The notes below the pieces were generated by a model. It did no database searches. It was not told the DNA's origin and worked only from the letters and a program-made list of their open reading frames with translations. A stretch of 64,000 bases of DNA from an uncultured SAR86 cluster bacterium (lineage in GTDB: Bacteria; Pseudomonadota; Gammaproteobacteria; Magnimaribacterales; AG-339-G14). The stretch's first letter is position 1, and each line of letters begins with the position of its first letter. The position numbers were made by a program, and so were the translations under genes. The stretch spans positions 541,083 through 605,082 of the forward strand of contig CACJUN010000001.1 in the NCBI GenBank assembly GCA_902596665.1. Direction: 5' to 3'. Positions 32,513 through 43,132 of this stretch are shown here, in pieces.

Positions 32513-33566
32513 GATCGATAATTATTTTTGTTAATTCTTTAGTTGAACAAATTTTACTATTCTTATCAGCAATATCTTTAGTAGCGTATCCATCATTTAG
32601 AGTATTTGAGACTGCGCTTTTAATCTTTTCGGATATCTCTAATTCATTAAGTGAATACCTAAACATCATCCCAACCGAAAGAATCATCGCAATCGGGTTT
32701 ACTGTTCCTTGTCCTGCAATATCAGGAGCACTGCCATGAACTGGTTCATACAACCCTTTATTTCTATTATCCAAAGAAGCAGAAGGAAGCATCCCAATAG
32801 ATCCAGTAAGCATTGCAGAAATATCAGAGAGGATATCTCCAAATAAGTTGCTTGAAAGAATGACATCAAATTGTTTAGGATTTTTCACAAGCTGCATAGC
32901 AGCGTTGTCGACAAGCATATGACTTAATTCTATATCTGGATAATCTTTTGATACATCTATTACGACTTCTCTCCAAAATTCTGACACTTCAAGGACGTTT
33001 GATTTATCAACTGAACAAACTTTTTTGTTTCTTAAGGATGCAGAATCAAAAGCAACTCTGGCGATTCTTTCAACTTCATGCCTTTCATAAATCATTGTAT
33101 TAAAAGCAGAAGATGATTTTTTTTCTCTAGGCTCACCAAAATATATACCGCCAGTGAGCTCTCTTACGATAAGCATATCAAGATCTTTTATGATATCGGG
33201 CTTTAAGGATGATGCTTCCAAGGAACTATCAAATAAAATTGCAGGCCTTAGATTTGCAAACAGGCCTAATGAAGATCTTAGTTCTAACAACCCTTTTTCA
33301 GGTTTTTCATTAGGAGGAAGTGAATCCCATTTAGGGCCTCCCACTGCGCCAAATAAGATTGAGTCTGCTTGAGAAGCTTGATACAAAGTTTCATCTGATA
33401 CCGGGAGTCCATGAGCATCAATTGAAGCTCCACCGATAAGACATTCGATCAAATTGAAGTTTATCTTGAAACTTGATTGGATTTTTTCAAGCAAAGAAAT
33501 CGCACTTTCCATAATTTCTGGACCCACGCCATCTCCGCTTAAAAGAAGTAAATCAATGTCTTTCAT
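32505..33566 (-). CDS. leuB: 3-isopropylmalate dehydrogenase
   Basis: GDGVGPEI; LFANLRP; IVRELTGGIYFG; NLFGDILSD; YEPVHGSAPDIAG. Confidence 0.97.
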   Translation of the reverse strand: MKDIDLLLLSGDGVGPEIMESAISLLEKIQSSFKINFNLIECLIGGASIDAHGLPVSDETLYQASQADSILFGAVGGPKWDSLPPNEKPEKGLLELRSSLGLFANLRPAILFDSSLEASSLKPDIIKDLDMLIVRELTGGIYFGEPREKKSSSAFNTMIYERHEVERIARVAFDSASLRNKKVCSVDKSNVLEVSEFWREVVIDVSKDYPDIELSHMLVDNAAMQLVKNPKQFDVILSSNLFGDILSDISAMLTGSIGMLPSASLDNRNKGLYEPVHGSAPDIAGQGTVNPIAMILSVGMMFRYSLNELEISEKIKSAVSNTLNDGYATKDIADKNSKICSTKELTKIIIDHV

Positions 33567-34204
33567 TTAAACAACCAAGGTACAGTTTTTTTATAATTTT
33601 TCTCAAAATCCTCTATTTTATTCTGATGTTGGAGTGTAAAACCTACTTCATCAATTCCATCTAAAAGAAACTTTTTCTTAAAATCATCCAGTTCAAACGG
33701 GATTTGCTTTTCCTCTAGATAAATAAATTGATTATGAACATCTACTTCAATGTTAATTATTTTTTTCTCAGTTATTTGCGTAAATATTTCATCAATTTTT
33801 TCTTTATCTACTTCAATTAGTAAGAGACCATTTTTATAGGAATTATTTTTGAAAATATCAGCAAAAGATGGAGCGATGATAGTTGTAAAACCGTAATCAG
33901 TTAAAGCCCAAACAGCATGTTCCCGACTTGATCCGCAACCAAAATTTTCTCTGGTTATCAAAATATTGCAAGATTTGTAAAGATCATGATTAAGAATGAA
34001 ATCAGGATTTAATTTTCTTTTTGAGTTATCTGAATTTAAATCACCTTTATCAAGATATCTCCACGCATCGAATAAATTTGGACCAAAGCCAGTTCGCTTT
34101 ATAGATTTTAAAAATTGCTTAGGGATTATTTGATCTGTATCCACATTAGCTTTGTCCAAGAACACTGCCTCTCCAGAAAAAATATTTGAAATAGATTTAT
34201 TCAT
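33563..34204 (-). CDS. leuD: 3-isopropylmalate dehydratase small subunit
   Basis: [13 protein letters not shown]; [15 protein letters not shown]; SFADIF. Confidence 0.97.
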   Translation of the reverse strand: MNKSISNIFSGEAVFLDKANVDTDQIIPKQFLKSIKRTGFGPNLFDAWRYLDKGDLNSDNSKRKLNPDFILNHDLYKSCNILITRENFGCGSSREHAVWALTDYGFTTIIAPSFADIFKNNSYKNGLLLIEVDKEKIDEIFTQITEKKIINIEVDVHNQFIYLEEKQIPFELDDFKKKFLLDGIDEVGFTLQHQNKIEDFEKNYKKTVPWLFK

Positions 34205-35619
34205 GACGAGATATCAATAAAATTTCCAGCTAAAGCTGCAGCTGCTGCCATAGCTGGGCTTACAAGATGAGTTCTACCTAAGTGACCCTGTCTGCCCTCA
34301 AAATTTCTATTAGAAGTAGAAGCGCATCTTTCTTTTTCTCCTAATTGATCTGGATTCATTCCTAAACACATAGAACATCCAGGCTCCCTCCACTCAAATC
34401 CACTAGAGATAAAAGTTTCATGCAGACCTTCTTCTTCGGCCTGTTTTTTAACTAATCCTGAGCCTGGAACAATCATAGCTCTTTTTATCTTCTTAGAAAT
34501 CACATTGCCATCTAAAATTTCTGCTGCTTTCCTTAAATCCTCAATTCTTGAATTAGTACATGAGCCTATGAAAATTTGATCGAGAGAGTAATTCTCTAGA
34601 GAGTCTCCAGCATTTAAGCCCATGTAGTCTAAAGCTGCCTCAAAGTTATTTCTTTCAGTTTGTGAGGTGTAATCCTCCTTAGATGGTATTCGATCTTTTA
34701 CTCCTATCACCATTTCAGGTGAAGTTCCCCAAGTAATTTGCGGTTCAATTTCTTCAGCAAAAAAGTTATGAACAGTATCAAAATTGGAGTTTTCATCAGA
34801 ATGAAATGTTTTCCAGTATTTTAGAGCCGCTTCATATTCATTGCCTTTCGGGGAATGAGGCTTACTTTTGAGATAATCAAATGTTTTTTGATCTGGAGCG
34901 ATCATCCCTGCTCTTGCACCTGCTTCTATAGCCATATTACAAACAGTCATACGTCCTTCCATAGAGAGACTCTCAATTGTAGATCCATCATATTCAATAA
35001 CGTGACCTGTACCTCCTGCTGTACCAATCTTTCCAATTAAAAACATTGTTAAATCTTTAGCAAAAACATTTTTTTTCAAAGGCCCATTGATAGAAATTCT
35101 CATGTTTTTTTGTTTGTTCATGACTAAGCATTGTGTTGCAAGAACATGCTCAACTTCGCTTGTTCCGATTCCCATTGCAAGACATCCAAATGCACCATGA
35201 GTTGAAGTATGTGAATCACCACAAACTATTGTCATGCCTGGTTGCGTAAAACCTTGCTCTGGGCCGACAACATGAACAATTCCTTGGTTCAAATCATTTA
35301 GGTCGATTAAATCTATACCAAAATCATGACAATTGATCTGCAGTGCCTGAATTTGATCCCTACTAATGCTATCTTTTATTCCTCTTAATCCTTTAGATCT
35401 GTCTGTTGTGGGTACATTATGATCAACTGTCGCAACAATAGAATCTACTCTTCTTGGAAAAATACCTTTGATCTTCAACCCTTCAAACGCTTGCGGCGAA
35501 GTAACTTCATGAACCATGTGAAGATCGATGTAGAGTAAATCACCGTTATCAGATCTACTGCCAACAAAATGAGTATCCCATAACTTATCGTATAGGGTTT
35601 TAGGATTAGGGTTATTCAC
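34201..35619 (-). CDS. leuC: 3-isopropylmalate dehydratase large subunit
   Basis: HEVTSPQAF; [13 protein letters not shown]; [14 protein letters not shown]; [11 protein letters not shown]; [12 protein letters not shown]. Confidence 0.98.
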   Translation of the reverse strand: MNNPNPKTLYDKLWDTHFVGSRSDNGDLLYIDLHMVHEVTSPQAFEGLKIKGIFPRRVDSIVATVDHNVPTTDRSKGLRGIKDSISRDQIQALQINCHDFGIDLIDLNDLNQGIVHVVGPEQGFTQPGMTIVCGDSHTSTHGAFGCLAMGIGTSEVEHVLATQCLVMNKQKNMRISINGPLKKNVFAKDLTMFLIGKIGTAGGTGHVIEYDGSTIESLSMEGRMTVCNMAIEAGARAGMIAPDQKTFDYLKSKPHSPKGNEYEAALKYWKTFHSDENSNFDTVHNFFAEEIEPQITWGTSPEMVIGVKDRIPSKEDYTSQTERNNFEAALDYMGLNAGDSLENYSLDQIFIGSCTNSRIEDLRKAAEILDGNVISKKIKRAMIVPGSGLVKKQAEEEGLHETFISSGFEWREPGCSMCLGMNPDQLGEKERCASTSNRNFEGRQGHLGRTHLVSPAMAAAAALAGNFIDISS

Positions 35620-36709
35620 TTGTAGGAATTGTATAAGATGAGTTTTCTACGTCATTATTTTGAGCACGATTTCTCAGATAATGATCCAATAAAATTATTG
35701 CAACCATGGACTCAGCTATTGGGACAGCTCTCAGGCCAACACATGGATCGTGGCGACCAATTGATTGAACAGTTGTTTCTTTTCCAGATTTATCGACAGT
35801 TTTACCTGCGGTGCTGATACTCGATGTAGGTTTTAAAGCAATTGCAATATCTATTGGCTGGCCTGAAGAAATACCGCCCAAAATTCCGCCTGCGTTGTTA
35901 GAAGCAAATCCATCTCGATCTATCTCATCTCTATGTTCGCTTCCTTTTTTTGAAACGACATCAAATCCTAGCCCTAATTCAACTCCTTTAACTGCATTAA
36001 TACTCATTAAACCGTGAGCCAAATCAGCATCCAACTTATCAAATACTGGTTCTCCCAAACCTGCTGGAACGTTATTCACATTAATTTTTATTTTTGCACC
36101 GACAGAATCTCCTACTTCTCTCAAAGAGGCAATAAGATCTTCTAAAGATTTCAATTTTGTTTTGTCAGGAAAAAAGAAAGCATTATTATTGATCTCTTTA
36201 AGATCAATTTGATCTGCAATTATTTCTCCTACTTGTTCAACATAACCAGTTATTTCAACTGCAAGATGATCTTTCAAATATTTTTTTGCAATGGCTCCAG
36301 CAGCAACTCTCATCACTGTTTCTCTTGCAGAAGCTCTACCGCTGCCTCGGTGATCTCTCAATCCATATTTTTTTAAATAAGTGTAGTCAGCATGAGATGG
36401 ACGAAAAACATCTTTCAAATTATCGTAGTCTTCACTTTTTTGATCCTCATTGAAAATAATCATTCCAATCGGGGTACCTGTAGTTTTCCCTTCAAAAATA
36501 CCTGAGAGTATTTGAACCTTATCTTTTTCACTTCTTTGAGTTGTAAATGCATTCGAGCCTGGCCTTCTTTTATCTAGTTCAACTTGAATATCTTGTTCAG
36601 AAATAGTAATCCCTGGAGGGCATCCATCTATGATACACCCCAGTGCTTTTCCATGACTTTCACCAAAAGTAGTTACGGTGAAAGATTTACCTATACTATT
36701 TCCACTCAT
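35612..36709 (-). CDS. aroC: Chorismate synthase
   Basis: TTFGESHG; RPSHADYTY; GRASARET; GGILGGIS; GRHDPCV. Confidence 0.97.
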   Translation of the reverse strand: MSGNSIGKSFTVTTFGESHGKALGCIIDGCPPGITISEQDIQVELDKRRPGSNAFTTQRSEKDKVQILSGIFEGKTTGTPIGMIIFNEDQKSEDYDNLKDVFRPSHADYTYLKKYGLRDHRGSGRASARETVMRVAAGAIAKKYLKDHLAVEITGYVEQVGEIIADQIDLKEINNNAFFFPDKTKLKSLEDLIASLREVGDSVGAKIKINVNNVPAGLGEPVFDKLDADLAHGLMSINAVKGVELGLGFDVVSKKGSEHRDEIDRDGFASNNAGGILGGISSGQPIDIAIALKPTSSISTAGKTVDKSGKETTVQSIGRHDPCVGLRAVPIAESMVAIILLDHYLRNRAQNNDVENSSYTIPTSE

Positions 36710-36759
36710 TGCTTAAAATAAACTGCACGATTATACGCTTATACCCTTTAAAAACTGAA

Positions 36760-37419
36760 ATGATAGACAAAAAATTTAAGGCTGTATTTTGGGATTTTGG
36801 TGGAGTAATAACTTCAAGTCCTTTCCAAGCTTTTTCTAGCTTTGAGAAAGAAAATAATTTGCCAAAAGATTTTATCAGGAGAGTTAATTCAACAAATCCT
36901 TACGAAAATGCATGGGCAAAACTAGAGTCCTCAAAAATATCTTTGGAAGAATTTGATAAATTATTCGCCTTAGAAAGTGAGAATCTAGGCTTTAAAATTG
37001 AGGGATCTAAAATTCTTGAGCTGTTGCAAGGTAGTGTTGTTCCTGAAATGGTAAAGATGCTTGAAGTACTTAAGGAAGAGTCGTTTTTGTTGGCTTGTTT
37101 GACAAATAATTTTAATGCAAACGAAGATAAGTCAGCCCTAGATAACAACAATCAAGAGAGACAAAGAATCCTTGGACTATTTGACTTCATTATTGAATCA
37201 AGAGAAGTTGGAGTCAGAAAACCAGAGGATAAATTTTACGAAATCGCTCTTACGACAACAGGATGTGACCCTGCTGAGGTAATTTTTCTTGACGATCTGG
37301 GAATTAATCTTAAACCAGCAAAAGCATTAGGGATGACCACCATAAAGGTTGTTGATCATAATGAATCGATTAAAGAACTTTGCGAATATTTAGAGATTGA
37401 TAGCGAGAGAATTATTTAA
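36760..37419 (+). CDS. HAD-like phosphatase (ACAD10/epoxide hydrolase N-terminal type)
   Basis: AVFWDFGGVI motif I; LTNNF; ESREVGVRKPE; FLDDLGINLKPAKALGMTTIKV. Start placed at ATG 36760. Confidence 0.9.
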   Translation: MIDKKFKAVFWDFGGVITSSPFQAFSSFEKENNLPKDFIRRVNSTNPYENAWAKLESSKISLEEFDKLFALESENLGFKIEGSKILELLQGSVVPEMVKMLEVLKEESFLLACLTNNFNANEDKSALDNNNQERQRILGLFDFIIESREVGVRKPEDKFYEIALTTTGCDPAEVIFLDDLGINLKPAKALGMTTIKVVDHNESIKELCEYLEIDSERII

Positions 37420-38857
37420 CCAACATCTTCATGAATTCATCTACAGGAGTATCCAGAAGCTTGTCTTTATCCTGACATAACTCAAATATCTGGTTTGATT
37501 TTTCTTCATCAAACTGAGTTAGTAGATTTCTTTTGAATTTTTCTAAGAGAATTGGAATGCCCTCTTCTCGCCTGAATTTATGACCAATTGGATATTCAAC
37601 CTCAATCTTATCTGTTGAACTTCCATCTTTGAAAATGATTTGCAGTGCATTAGAAATAGATCTTTTATCGGGTTCATGATATTCAGCTGAGTATCTTTCA
37701 TCCTCTTCAATCAGCATTTTCTGTCTCAGCTCATCAATTCTAGGATTGCTGGCAACATCATCTTCATAATCCTCAGCAACTAGATCTCCCTTCAATAATC
37801 CAATAGCAGTCATATATTGGAGACAATGATCTCTATCAGCTGGATTATTCAATTCACCTTCTTTACTGATAATTCGAATTGCTGACTCATGAGTCGTGAT
37901 TTTGATTTGTTCAATTTCATCCAATTTATCTACGATTACTGGATGAAGTTTTACGGCTGCTTCTACTGCAGTCTGAGCATGAAATTCAGCTGGAAATGAA
38001 ATTTTAAATAAAACGTTTTCCATTACGTAAGAATTAAAGTCTTGTTCAACAATCAAATCTTTACCTTCAAATAAGACATCTTGGAAACCCCATGTCTTTG
38101 CGGTTATAGCACTTGGATACCCTATTTGACCTCTCATTGTAAATAAAACTAATTGCATTGCTCTGCTAGTAGCATCTCCCGCTGCCCAAGATTTCCTTGG
38201 ACCAGCGTTAGGTGCGTGACGGTAAGTTCTTAAACTTTGACCATCAACAAAAACTTGTGAAATTGCATCTAAAGATTGTTCTTTAGTGAGTCCAAATAAT
38301 TTTGCTATCACAGATGTGGAGGCTAGTTTGACCAGAAGAACGTGGTCAAGACCCACTCGATTAAAGCTATTTTTTATTGCTAAAACTCCTTGAATTTCAT
38401 GCGCTTTAATCATGCTTTCTAAAACGGCCTTCATCTTAAGAGGTTCTTTATTTTTTTCTCTATTTTGCTGAGAGATATAGTCAGCTGCAGCCAAAATTCC
38501 ACCTAAATTATCTGATGGATGGCCCCATTCAGCAGCTAGCCATGTATCGTTGAAATCTAACCACCTTATAATCGCCCCGATATCCCAAGCACCTTTAACG
38601 GGATCAAGAATAAAACTAGTTCCAGGAACTCTCACACCATTTTTAACTTTTACATCATCTGCAAAAGGACCAAGCATTTTTTTACAATCATCAAAAGTAA
38701 GCGCAAGAAGACCGCAACCCAATGTATCCATCAAGCAATGTCTTGCTGTTTCCATGGCAAGATCATTAAATTCAATATCGCATTGTGAGTAGTCAGATAT
38801 CTTTTGAATTAATTCATCAAAATCTGGACGTACATTTTGATCTACGTTTGAAGACAT
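37412..38857 (-). CDS. prpD: 2-methylcitrate dehydratase
   Basis: RWLDFNDTWLAAEWGHPSDNLG; RHAPNAGPRKSWAAGDA; FKISFPAEFHAQTA; YPIGHKFRREEG. Confidence 0.97.
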   Translation of the reverse strand: MSSNVDQNVRPDFDELIQKISDYSQCDIEFNDLAMETARHCLMDTLGCGLLALTFDDCKKMLGPFADDVKVKNGVRVPGTSFILDPVKGAWDIGAIIRWLDFNDTWLAAEWGHPSDNLGGILAAADYISQQNREKNKEPLKMKAVLESMIKAHEIQGVLAIKNSFNRVGLDHVLLVKLASTSVIAKLFGLTKEQSLDAISQVFVDGQSLRTYRHAPNAGPRKSWAAGDATSRAMQLVLFTMRGQIGYPSAITAKTWGFQDVLFEGKDLIVEQDFNSYVMENVLFKISFPAEFHAQTAVEAAVKLHPVIVDKLDEIEQIKITTHESAIRIISKEGELNNPADRDHCLQYMTAIGLLKGDLVAEDYEDDVASNPRIDELRQKMLIEEDERYSAEYHEPDKRSISNALQIIFKDGSSTDKIEVEYPIGHKFRREEGIPILLEKFKRNLLTQFDEEKSNQIFELCQDKDKLLDTPVDEFMKMLVK

Positions 38858-38864
38858 AAGAAGT

Positions 38865-39989
38865 TTATCTATTTTCTATATCGACCCAATCTGATTTTTC
38901 AGGGCCAATGTATTCTTCGCTAGGTCGGATAATTCTATTATCAGCTCTTTGCTCTATGACGTTTGCAGACCAACCAGAGGTTCTTCCTATGACAAACAAG
39001 GGAGTAAAAATTTTTGTCGGAATGCCCAAATACGAGTAAGCAGAAGCCATATAAAAATCAGTATTTGGAAAAAGATTTTTTTCCTCATCCATGACCTTAT
39101 CAATCTCTTCAGAAACTTGATAAAGAGTATCATCGCCATTCTGTTCGCTTAATTTTTTTGCCCATGACTTAATAATATCGCTTCTAGGATCTTCTGTTGA
39201 ATAAACCGCGTGACCGAATCCCATTATTTTCTCTTTGGCCTCTAACATCTTTTTTACGCCAGCATTAGCCTCTTCTCTGGAAGAAAATTTCTCAATCATT
39301 TCCATTGCAGCTTCATTAGCTCCTCCATGCAAAGGTCCTCTGAGAGTGCCAATAGCTCCAGTAATACATGAGTGAAGATCAGATAAAGTTGAGGCACAAG
39401 TTCTTGCAGTAAAGGTCGAAGCATTGAAACCGTGTTCAGCGTAGAGAATTAAAGAAACATCCAAGCATCTTGCGTCATCTTGACTTGGCTCTTTTCCCGT
39501 AAGCATTGAAAGAAAATGGCCTCCTATAGAGTCGTGATCTGTAGCGGTTTCTATTGATACTCCATCGTGCGAATACCGATACCAATAACACACAACTGAT
39601 GGAAATATAGATATTAATCTATCAGCAATATCGGTTTGATTATTGAAATCTCCTTCTGGTTCTATGTTTCCTAAAAAAGAACAGCCTGTTCTAAGGACAT
39701 CCATCGGATGAGCTGAGGCAGGAATCAGTTCAAGTACCTTTTTTAATTCTGACGGAAGCTCTCTGTATTTTTTTAATTTTTTCTTATATTCATTCAGCTC
39801 AGATTGGTTAGGTAAATTCCCATACAAAAGCATATAGGCAACCTCTTCAAATGAAGCTTTTTCAGAAAGTTCCTCAATTGCGTACCCTCTATAAGTGAGT
39901 CCTTTTCCTTCTTTTCCTACAGTTGAGAGAGCTGTTTGTCCAGCTACCTGTCCGCGAAGACCAGCACCCTCTAGTTTCTTTTCAGCCAT
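38865..39989 (-). CDS. prpC: 2-methylcitrate synthase
   Basis: GAGLRGQVAG; LYAEHGFNASTF; GPLHGGANEA; MGFGHAVY; FPNTDFY; lies between prpB and prpD. Confidence 0.95.
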   Translation of the reverse strand: MAEKKLEGAGLRGQVAGQTALSTVGKEGKGLTYRGYAIEELSEKASFEEVAYMLLYGNLPNQSELNEYKKKLKKYRELPSELKKVLELIPASAHPMDVLRTGCSFLGNIEPEGDFNNQTDIADRLISIFPSVVCYWYRYSHDGVSIETATDHDSIGGHFLSMLTGKEPSQDDARCLDVSLILYAEHGFNASTFTARTCASTLSDLHSCITGAIGTLRGPLHGGANEAAMEMIEKFSSREEANAGVKKMLEAKEKIMGFGHAVYSTEDPRSDIIKSWAKKLSEQNGDDTLYQVSEEIDKVMDEEKNLFPNTDFYMASAYSYLGIPTKIFTPLFVIGRTSGWSANVIEQRADNRIIRPSEEYIGPEKSDWVDIENR

Positions 39990-39995
39990 TATTAA

Positions 39996-40853
39996 TTAGT
40001 TTTTATCGAAAAGTTTATCAATTTTCTCTTCGTACATATGATAGTCCAGGACATCATACAATTCATCTCTTGTTTGCATTTTTTCTAGCAAACCTTCGTG
40101 GTCCCCTCCAGAAGCTAGAGTAGCATATACTTTTTCTGCAGCTTTGGACATAGCTCTGAAAGCAGATAAAGGATGCAGAACAATCTTTACGCCTGCCTCA
40201 GCAAGTTCGTTGTGTGAAAAAAGAGGAGTCATACCAAACTCAGTAATATTAGCCAGTATGGGCTTGGATACATTTTTTGATATTTCTTCATAATCTTTTA
40301 AAGTTGAAATTGCCTCTGGAAATATAGCTCCTGCTCCTGCCTCTATAAAAGCATTTGATCTATCAATAACTTCCTGTAGTCCGCCTTTTGCGAATGCATC
40401 TGTTCTTGCCATGAGCAGAAAATTATCATCAGTCTGAGCATCTTTAGCTGCTTTGATTCTATCAACCATTTCTTCACAACTGACTATTTCTTTGTTAGGT
40501 CTATGACCGCACCTTTTTTCACTTACTTGATCTTCAATGTGAACACCCGATGCACCCGCAGATATCATTTCTTTTATAGATCTTGAAATGGCAAGTGCCG
40601 ACCCCCAACCGGTATCAATATCTACCAATAAGGGAAGTTCTGAGGCTGACCTTATTCTCCTTACATCCTCTAAAACATCTTCTCTAGAAGTCATGGCTAA
40701 GTCAGGAAGTCCATAGCTGGCATTGGCTACTCCACCTCCAGAAAGATAAATAGCTTTAATGCCTGCCCTTTCAGCTAAAAGAGCAGAATAAGCATTTATT
40801 GTGCCTGTTATGACAAGAGGTTTATTCTCTTTTATTAATTTTTCCCAGCTCAT
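39996..40853 (-). CDS. prpB: Methylisocitrate lyase
   Basis: YLSGGGVA; LLVDIDTGWG; IEDQVSEKRCGHRP; PILANITEFG. Confidence 0.96.
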   Translation of the reverse strand: MSWEKLIKENKPLVITGTINAYSALLAERAGIKAIYLSGGGVANASYGLPDLAMTSREDVLEDVRRIRSASELPLLVDIDTGWGSALAISRSIKEMISAGASGVHIEDQVSEKRCGHRPNKEIVSCEEMVDRIKAAKDAQTDDNFLLMARTDAFAKGGLQEVIDRSNAFIEAGAGAIFPEAISTLKDYEEISKNVSKPILANITEFGMTPLFSHNELAEAGVKIVLHPLSAFRAMSKAAEKVYATLASGGDHEGLLEKMQTRDELYDVLDYHMYEEKIDKLFDKN

Positions 40854-41449
40854 AAGTAATTCTCTAACTTACGTTTAAGTTCATTATGATCTTTGATAGT
40901 TTCTAAATGTGGATATTTTTCTTTAATATGGGAAGGAGCTTGAAAAAAGAAACCTTGATCAGCAGTATTCAACATGTTGATGTCGTTATAAGAATCTCCA
41001 GCAGCAAAAACTTTAAATTTCATAGTTTCCTTAATGGCCTCAATTACTTTTTGTTTATTGTTTTCTTGCTTCAGTTTATAACCGGTAATTTCAGATCCAT
41101 TCAGCTCTAAATGATGACAAATCAAGTGCGGATAATTTAATTTTCTAACCAAGGGCCAACATAACTCATAAAAAGTATCTGAAACAATGGAAACCTGAAA
41201 ATTATCTCTTGCCCAAGATAAAAAATCAGCAGCGCCATCCATGGGTTCAATCTTTTCTACAATCTCCATGATGTCATGAATTGAAATGTTATTATCGGAA
41301 ACTAATTTAAGACGAATATCCATTAGTTCTTTATAGCTTTCAAGATCTTGTGTTGTTAGCATCAGATCTTCAATCCCAGTTGCCTTAGATACTTCTTGCC
41401 ATATTTCTGGTATTAAAACTCCTTCAAAATCTAGGCATAAATAATCCAA
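40850..41449 (-). CDS. thrH: Phosphoserine phosphatase / homoserine phosphotransferase
   Basis: CLDFEGVLIPEIW; IVSDTFY; AAGDSYND. TTG start preceded by SD AAGGAG within the cysB 3' end. Confidence 0.9.
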   Translation of the reverse strand: MDYLCLDFEGVLIPEIWQEVSKATGIEDLMLTTQDLESYKELMDIRLKLVSDNNISIHDIMEIVEKIEPMDGAADFLSWARDNFQVSIVSDTFYELCWPLVRKLNYPHLICHHLELNGSEITGYKLKQENNKQKVIEAIKETMKFKVFAAGDSYNDINMLNTADQGFFFQAPSHIKEKYPHLETIKDHNELKRKLENYL

Positions 41450-41450
41450 A

Positions 41451-42425
41451 CTATCTCCTTATGAGTTTGATGGATTCGAATATTTTATCTAATTCTTTCT
41501 TTGATTTGGTTGCGCAAGCCTTTGCAATTAATTCTGTTTTTAAATGTGGAGCAAACATCTGAATAAACTCATATAAATGACTTCTCAGATACGTCCCTCT
41601 TCTGAAACCAATATATGTGGTCCCTGAATCAAAAAGGTGATTAGCGTTAATAGCCACTAGGTCTTTGTCTTCCTGCTCATTAAAAGCCATTGAAGCAATG
41701 ATTCCAACTCCAATTCCTTGTTTGACATATGTCTTAATTACATCTGCATCGGTTGCTGTAAAAACTACATTTGCTTTCAAGCCTCTCTCAAAGAAAGCCC
41801 TATCTAGGTCATTACTACCAGTAAATCCGAAAACATATGTAACTATAGGAAATTCAGCTAGATGTTTAAGTTTTGGTTTGGCTACATCAGCAAGAGGGTG
41901 ACCTTTAGGGACTATTAGACTTCGTGACCATTTGTATGCAGGAAGTTTAATCAATGTTTCACCTTTTTCAGATGTTTCTGTCCAAATCGCTAAATCTACT
42001 TCGCCTTTGGCTGCCATCTCCACAGATTCATCTGGGGTGCATTGGTTCATTTGAAATGAGACGTTAGGATATTTTTTAACAAATTTATCCACCACAGGTG
42101 GCAGGGTAAATTTTGCTTGAGTATGCGTTGTTGCAATAGCTAATGAACCGTAATCCTCATTAGAAAACTCTGTGGCAGCATGTTTTATGCCATCAACAAG
42201 AGCAAGGATTTCTTCAATCTGTTCCAGTATTCTTTTGCCAATAGGAGTTATGGCAACAAGATGCTTTCCAGATCTTTCAAAAAGCTCAATCCCTAATTCT
42301 TCCTCAAGCAGTTTAATTTGCTTGCTTATTCCAGGTTGCGAGGTGTAAAGATTTTTTGAAGCCTGAGAAACATTTAAATTACTTCTAGCTACCTCACGCA
42401 CATATAGTAATTGTTGAAATTTCAT
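41451..42425 (-). CDS. cysB: LysR-type transcriptional regulator CysB
   Basis: LNVSQASKNLYTSQPGISKQIKLLEEELG; IATTHTQA; ADVIKTYV..GIGVGIIA; FIQMFAPHL. Start placed at MKFQQ (42425). Confidence 0.93.
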   Translation of the reverse strand: MKFQQLLYVREVARSNLNVSQASKNLYTSQPGISKQIKLLEEELGIELFERSGKHLVAITPIGKRILEQIEEILALVDGIKHAATEFSNEDYGSLAIATTHTQAKFTLPPVVDKFVKKYPNVSFQMNQCTPDESVEMAAKGEVDLAIWTETSEKGETLIKLPAYKWSRSLIVPKGHPLADVAKPKLKHLAEFPIVTYVFGFTGSNDLDRAFFERGLKANVVFTATDADVIKTYVKQGIGVGIIASMAFNEQEDKDLVAINANHLFDSGTTYIGFRRGTYLRSHLYEFIQMFAPHLKTELIAKACATKSKKELDKIFESIKLIRR

Positions 42426-42508
42426 GGATTTATTATATAACCTAAAATTATAAAAAAAAGTATATTTTGATAAAAAATTATATATAGTTTTTTGATTTTT
42501 CCAATTAA

Positions 42509-42528
42509 TACTGTATAAATACACAGTA
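42509..42528. promoter_or_regulatory. LexA-binding SOS box (gammaproteobacterial CTG-N10-CAG)
   Basis: TACTGTATAAATACACAGTA, a near-palindrome with core CTGTATAAATACACAG at 42511-42526, immediately before the lexA ATG. Confidence 0.9.
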
Positions 42529-43130
42529 TGAAAAACCTAACAACGAGACAATCTGAAATTTTGACCTTTATTTCAGATGTAATTTCAAATGAAGGCATGC
42601 CTCCTACAAGAAAGGAAATAGCTTTAAAATTTGGCTTCAAATCAGCCAATTCTGCGGAAGAGCATCTGAAAGCTCTTGATAAAAAGGGATATATAGACCT
42701 TCATGGTGGCACTTCCCGTGGGATATCCATTAATAAATCTTTCATAGGAATTCCTATAGTTGGATCTGTTGCAGCAGGTTCTCCTTTGTTAGCAGTTGAA
42801 AACGTTGAAGAAAGAATTGAATTTAACGGTAATATCTTTTCTGATTCTGTTGACTATTTTTTGAGAGTCAAGGGCGATAGCATGAATGAAGTAGGTATTG
42901 TTGAAGGCGATCTTATTGCAATAAATAAAAGAAAAGACGTAAAACCTGGCGATATTGTTGTTGCTAGAATAAATGATGATGTAACAGTTAAAACTCTCTT
43001 TCACTTTGATAAAAGAAAAGTTATTTTGAGACCTGAAAATAAAAACTATAAAGATATTGAAATTAATCCTTCAATTGAAAACTTTGACATTGAAGGAAAA
43101 TGTCTTGGGGTTCTAAGAAATTATAATTAG
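42528..43130 (+). CDS. lexA: SOS repressor LexA
   Basis: LTTRQSEIL..MPPTRKEIA..FKSANSAEEHLKAL HTH; VAAG cleavage site; LRVKGDSM (Ser); VTVK (Lys). Confidence 0.97.
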   Translation: MKNLTTRQSEILTFISDVISNEGMPPTRKEIALKFGFKSANSAEEHLKALDKKGYIDLHGGTSRGISINKSFIGIPIVGSVAAGSPLLAVENVEERIEFNGNIFSDSVDYFLRVKGDSMNEVGIVEGDLIAINKRKDVKPGDIVVARINDDVTVKTLFHFDKRKVILRPENKNYKDIEINPSIENFDIEGKCLGVLRNYN

Positions 43131-43132
43131 TT

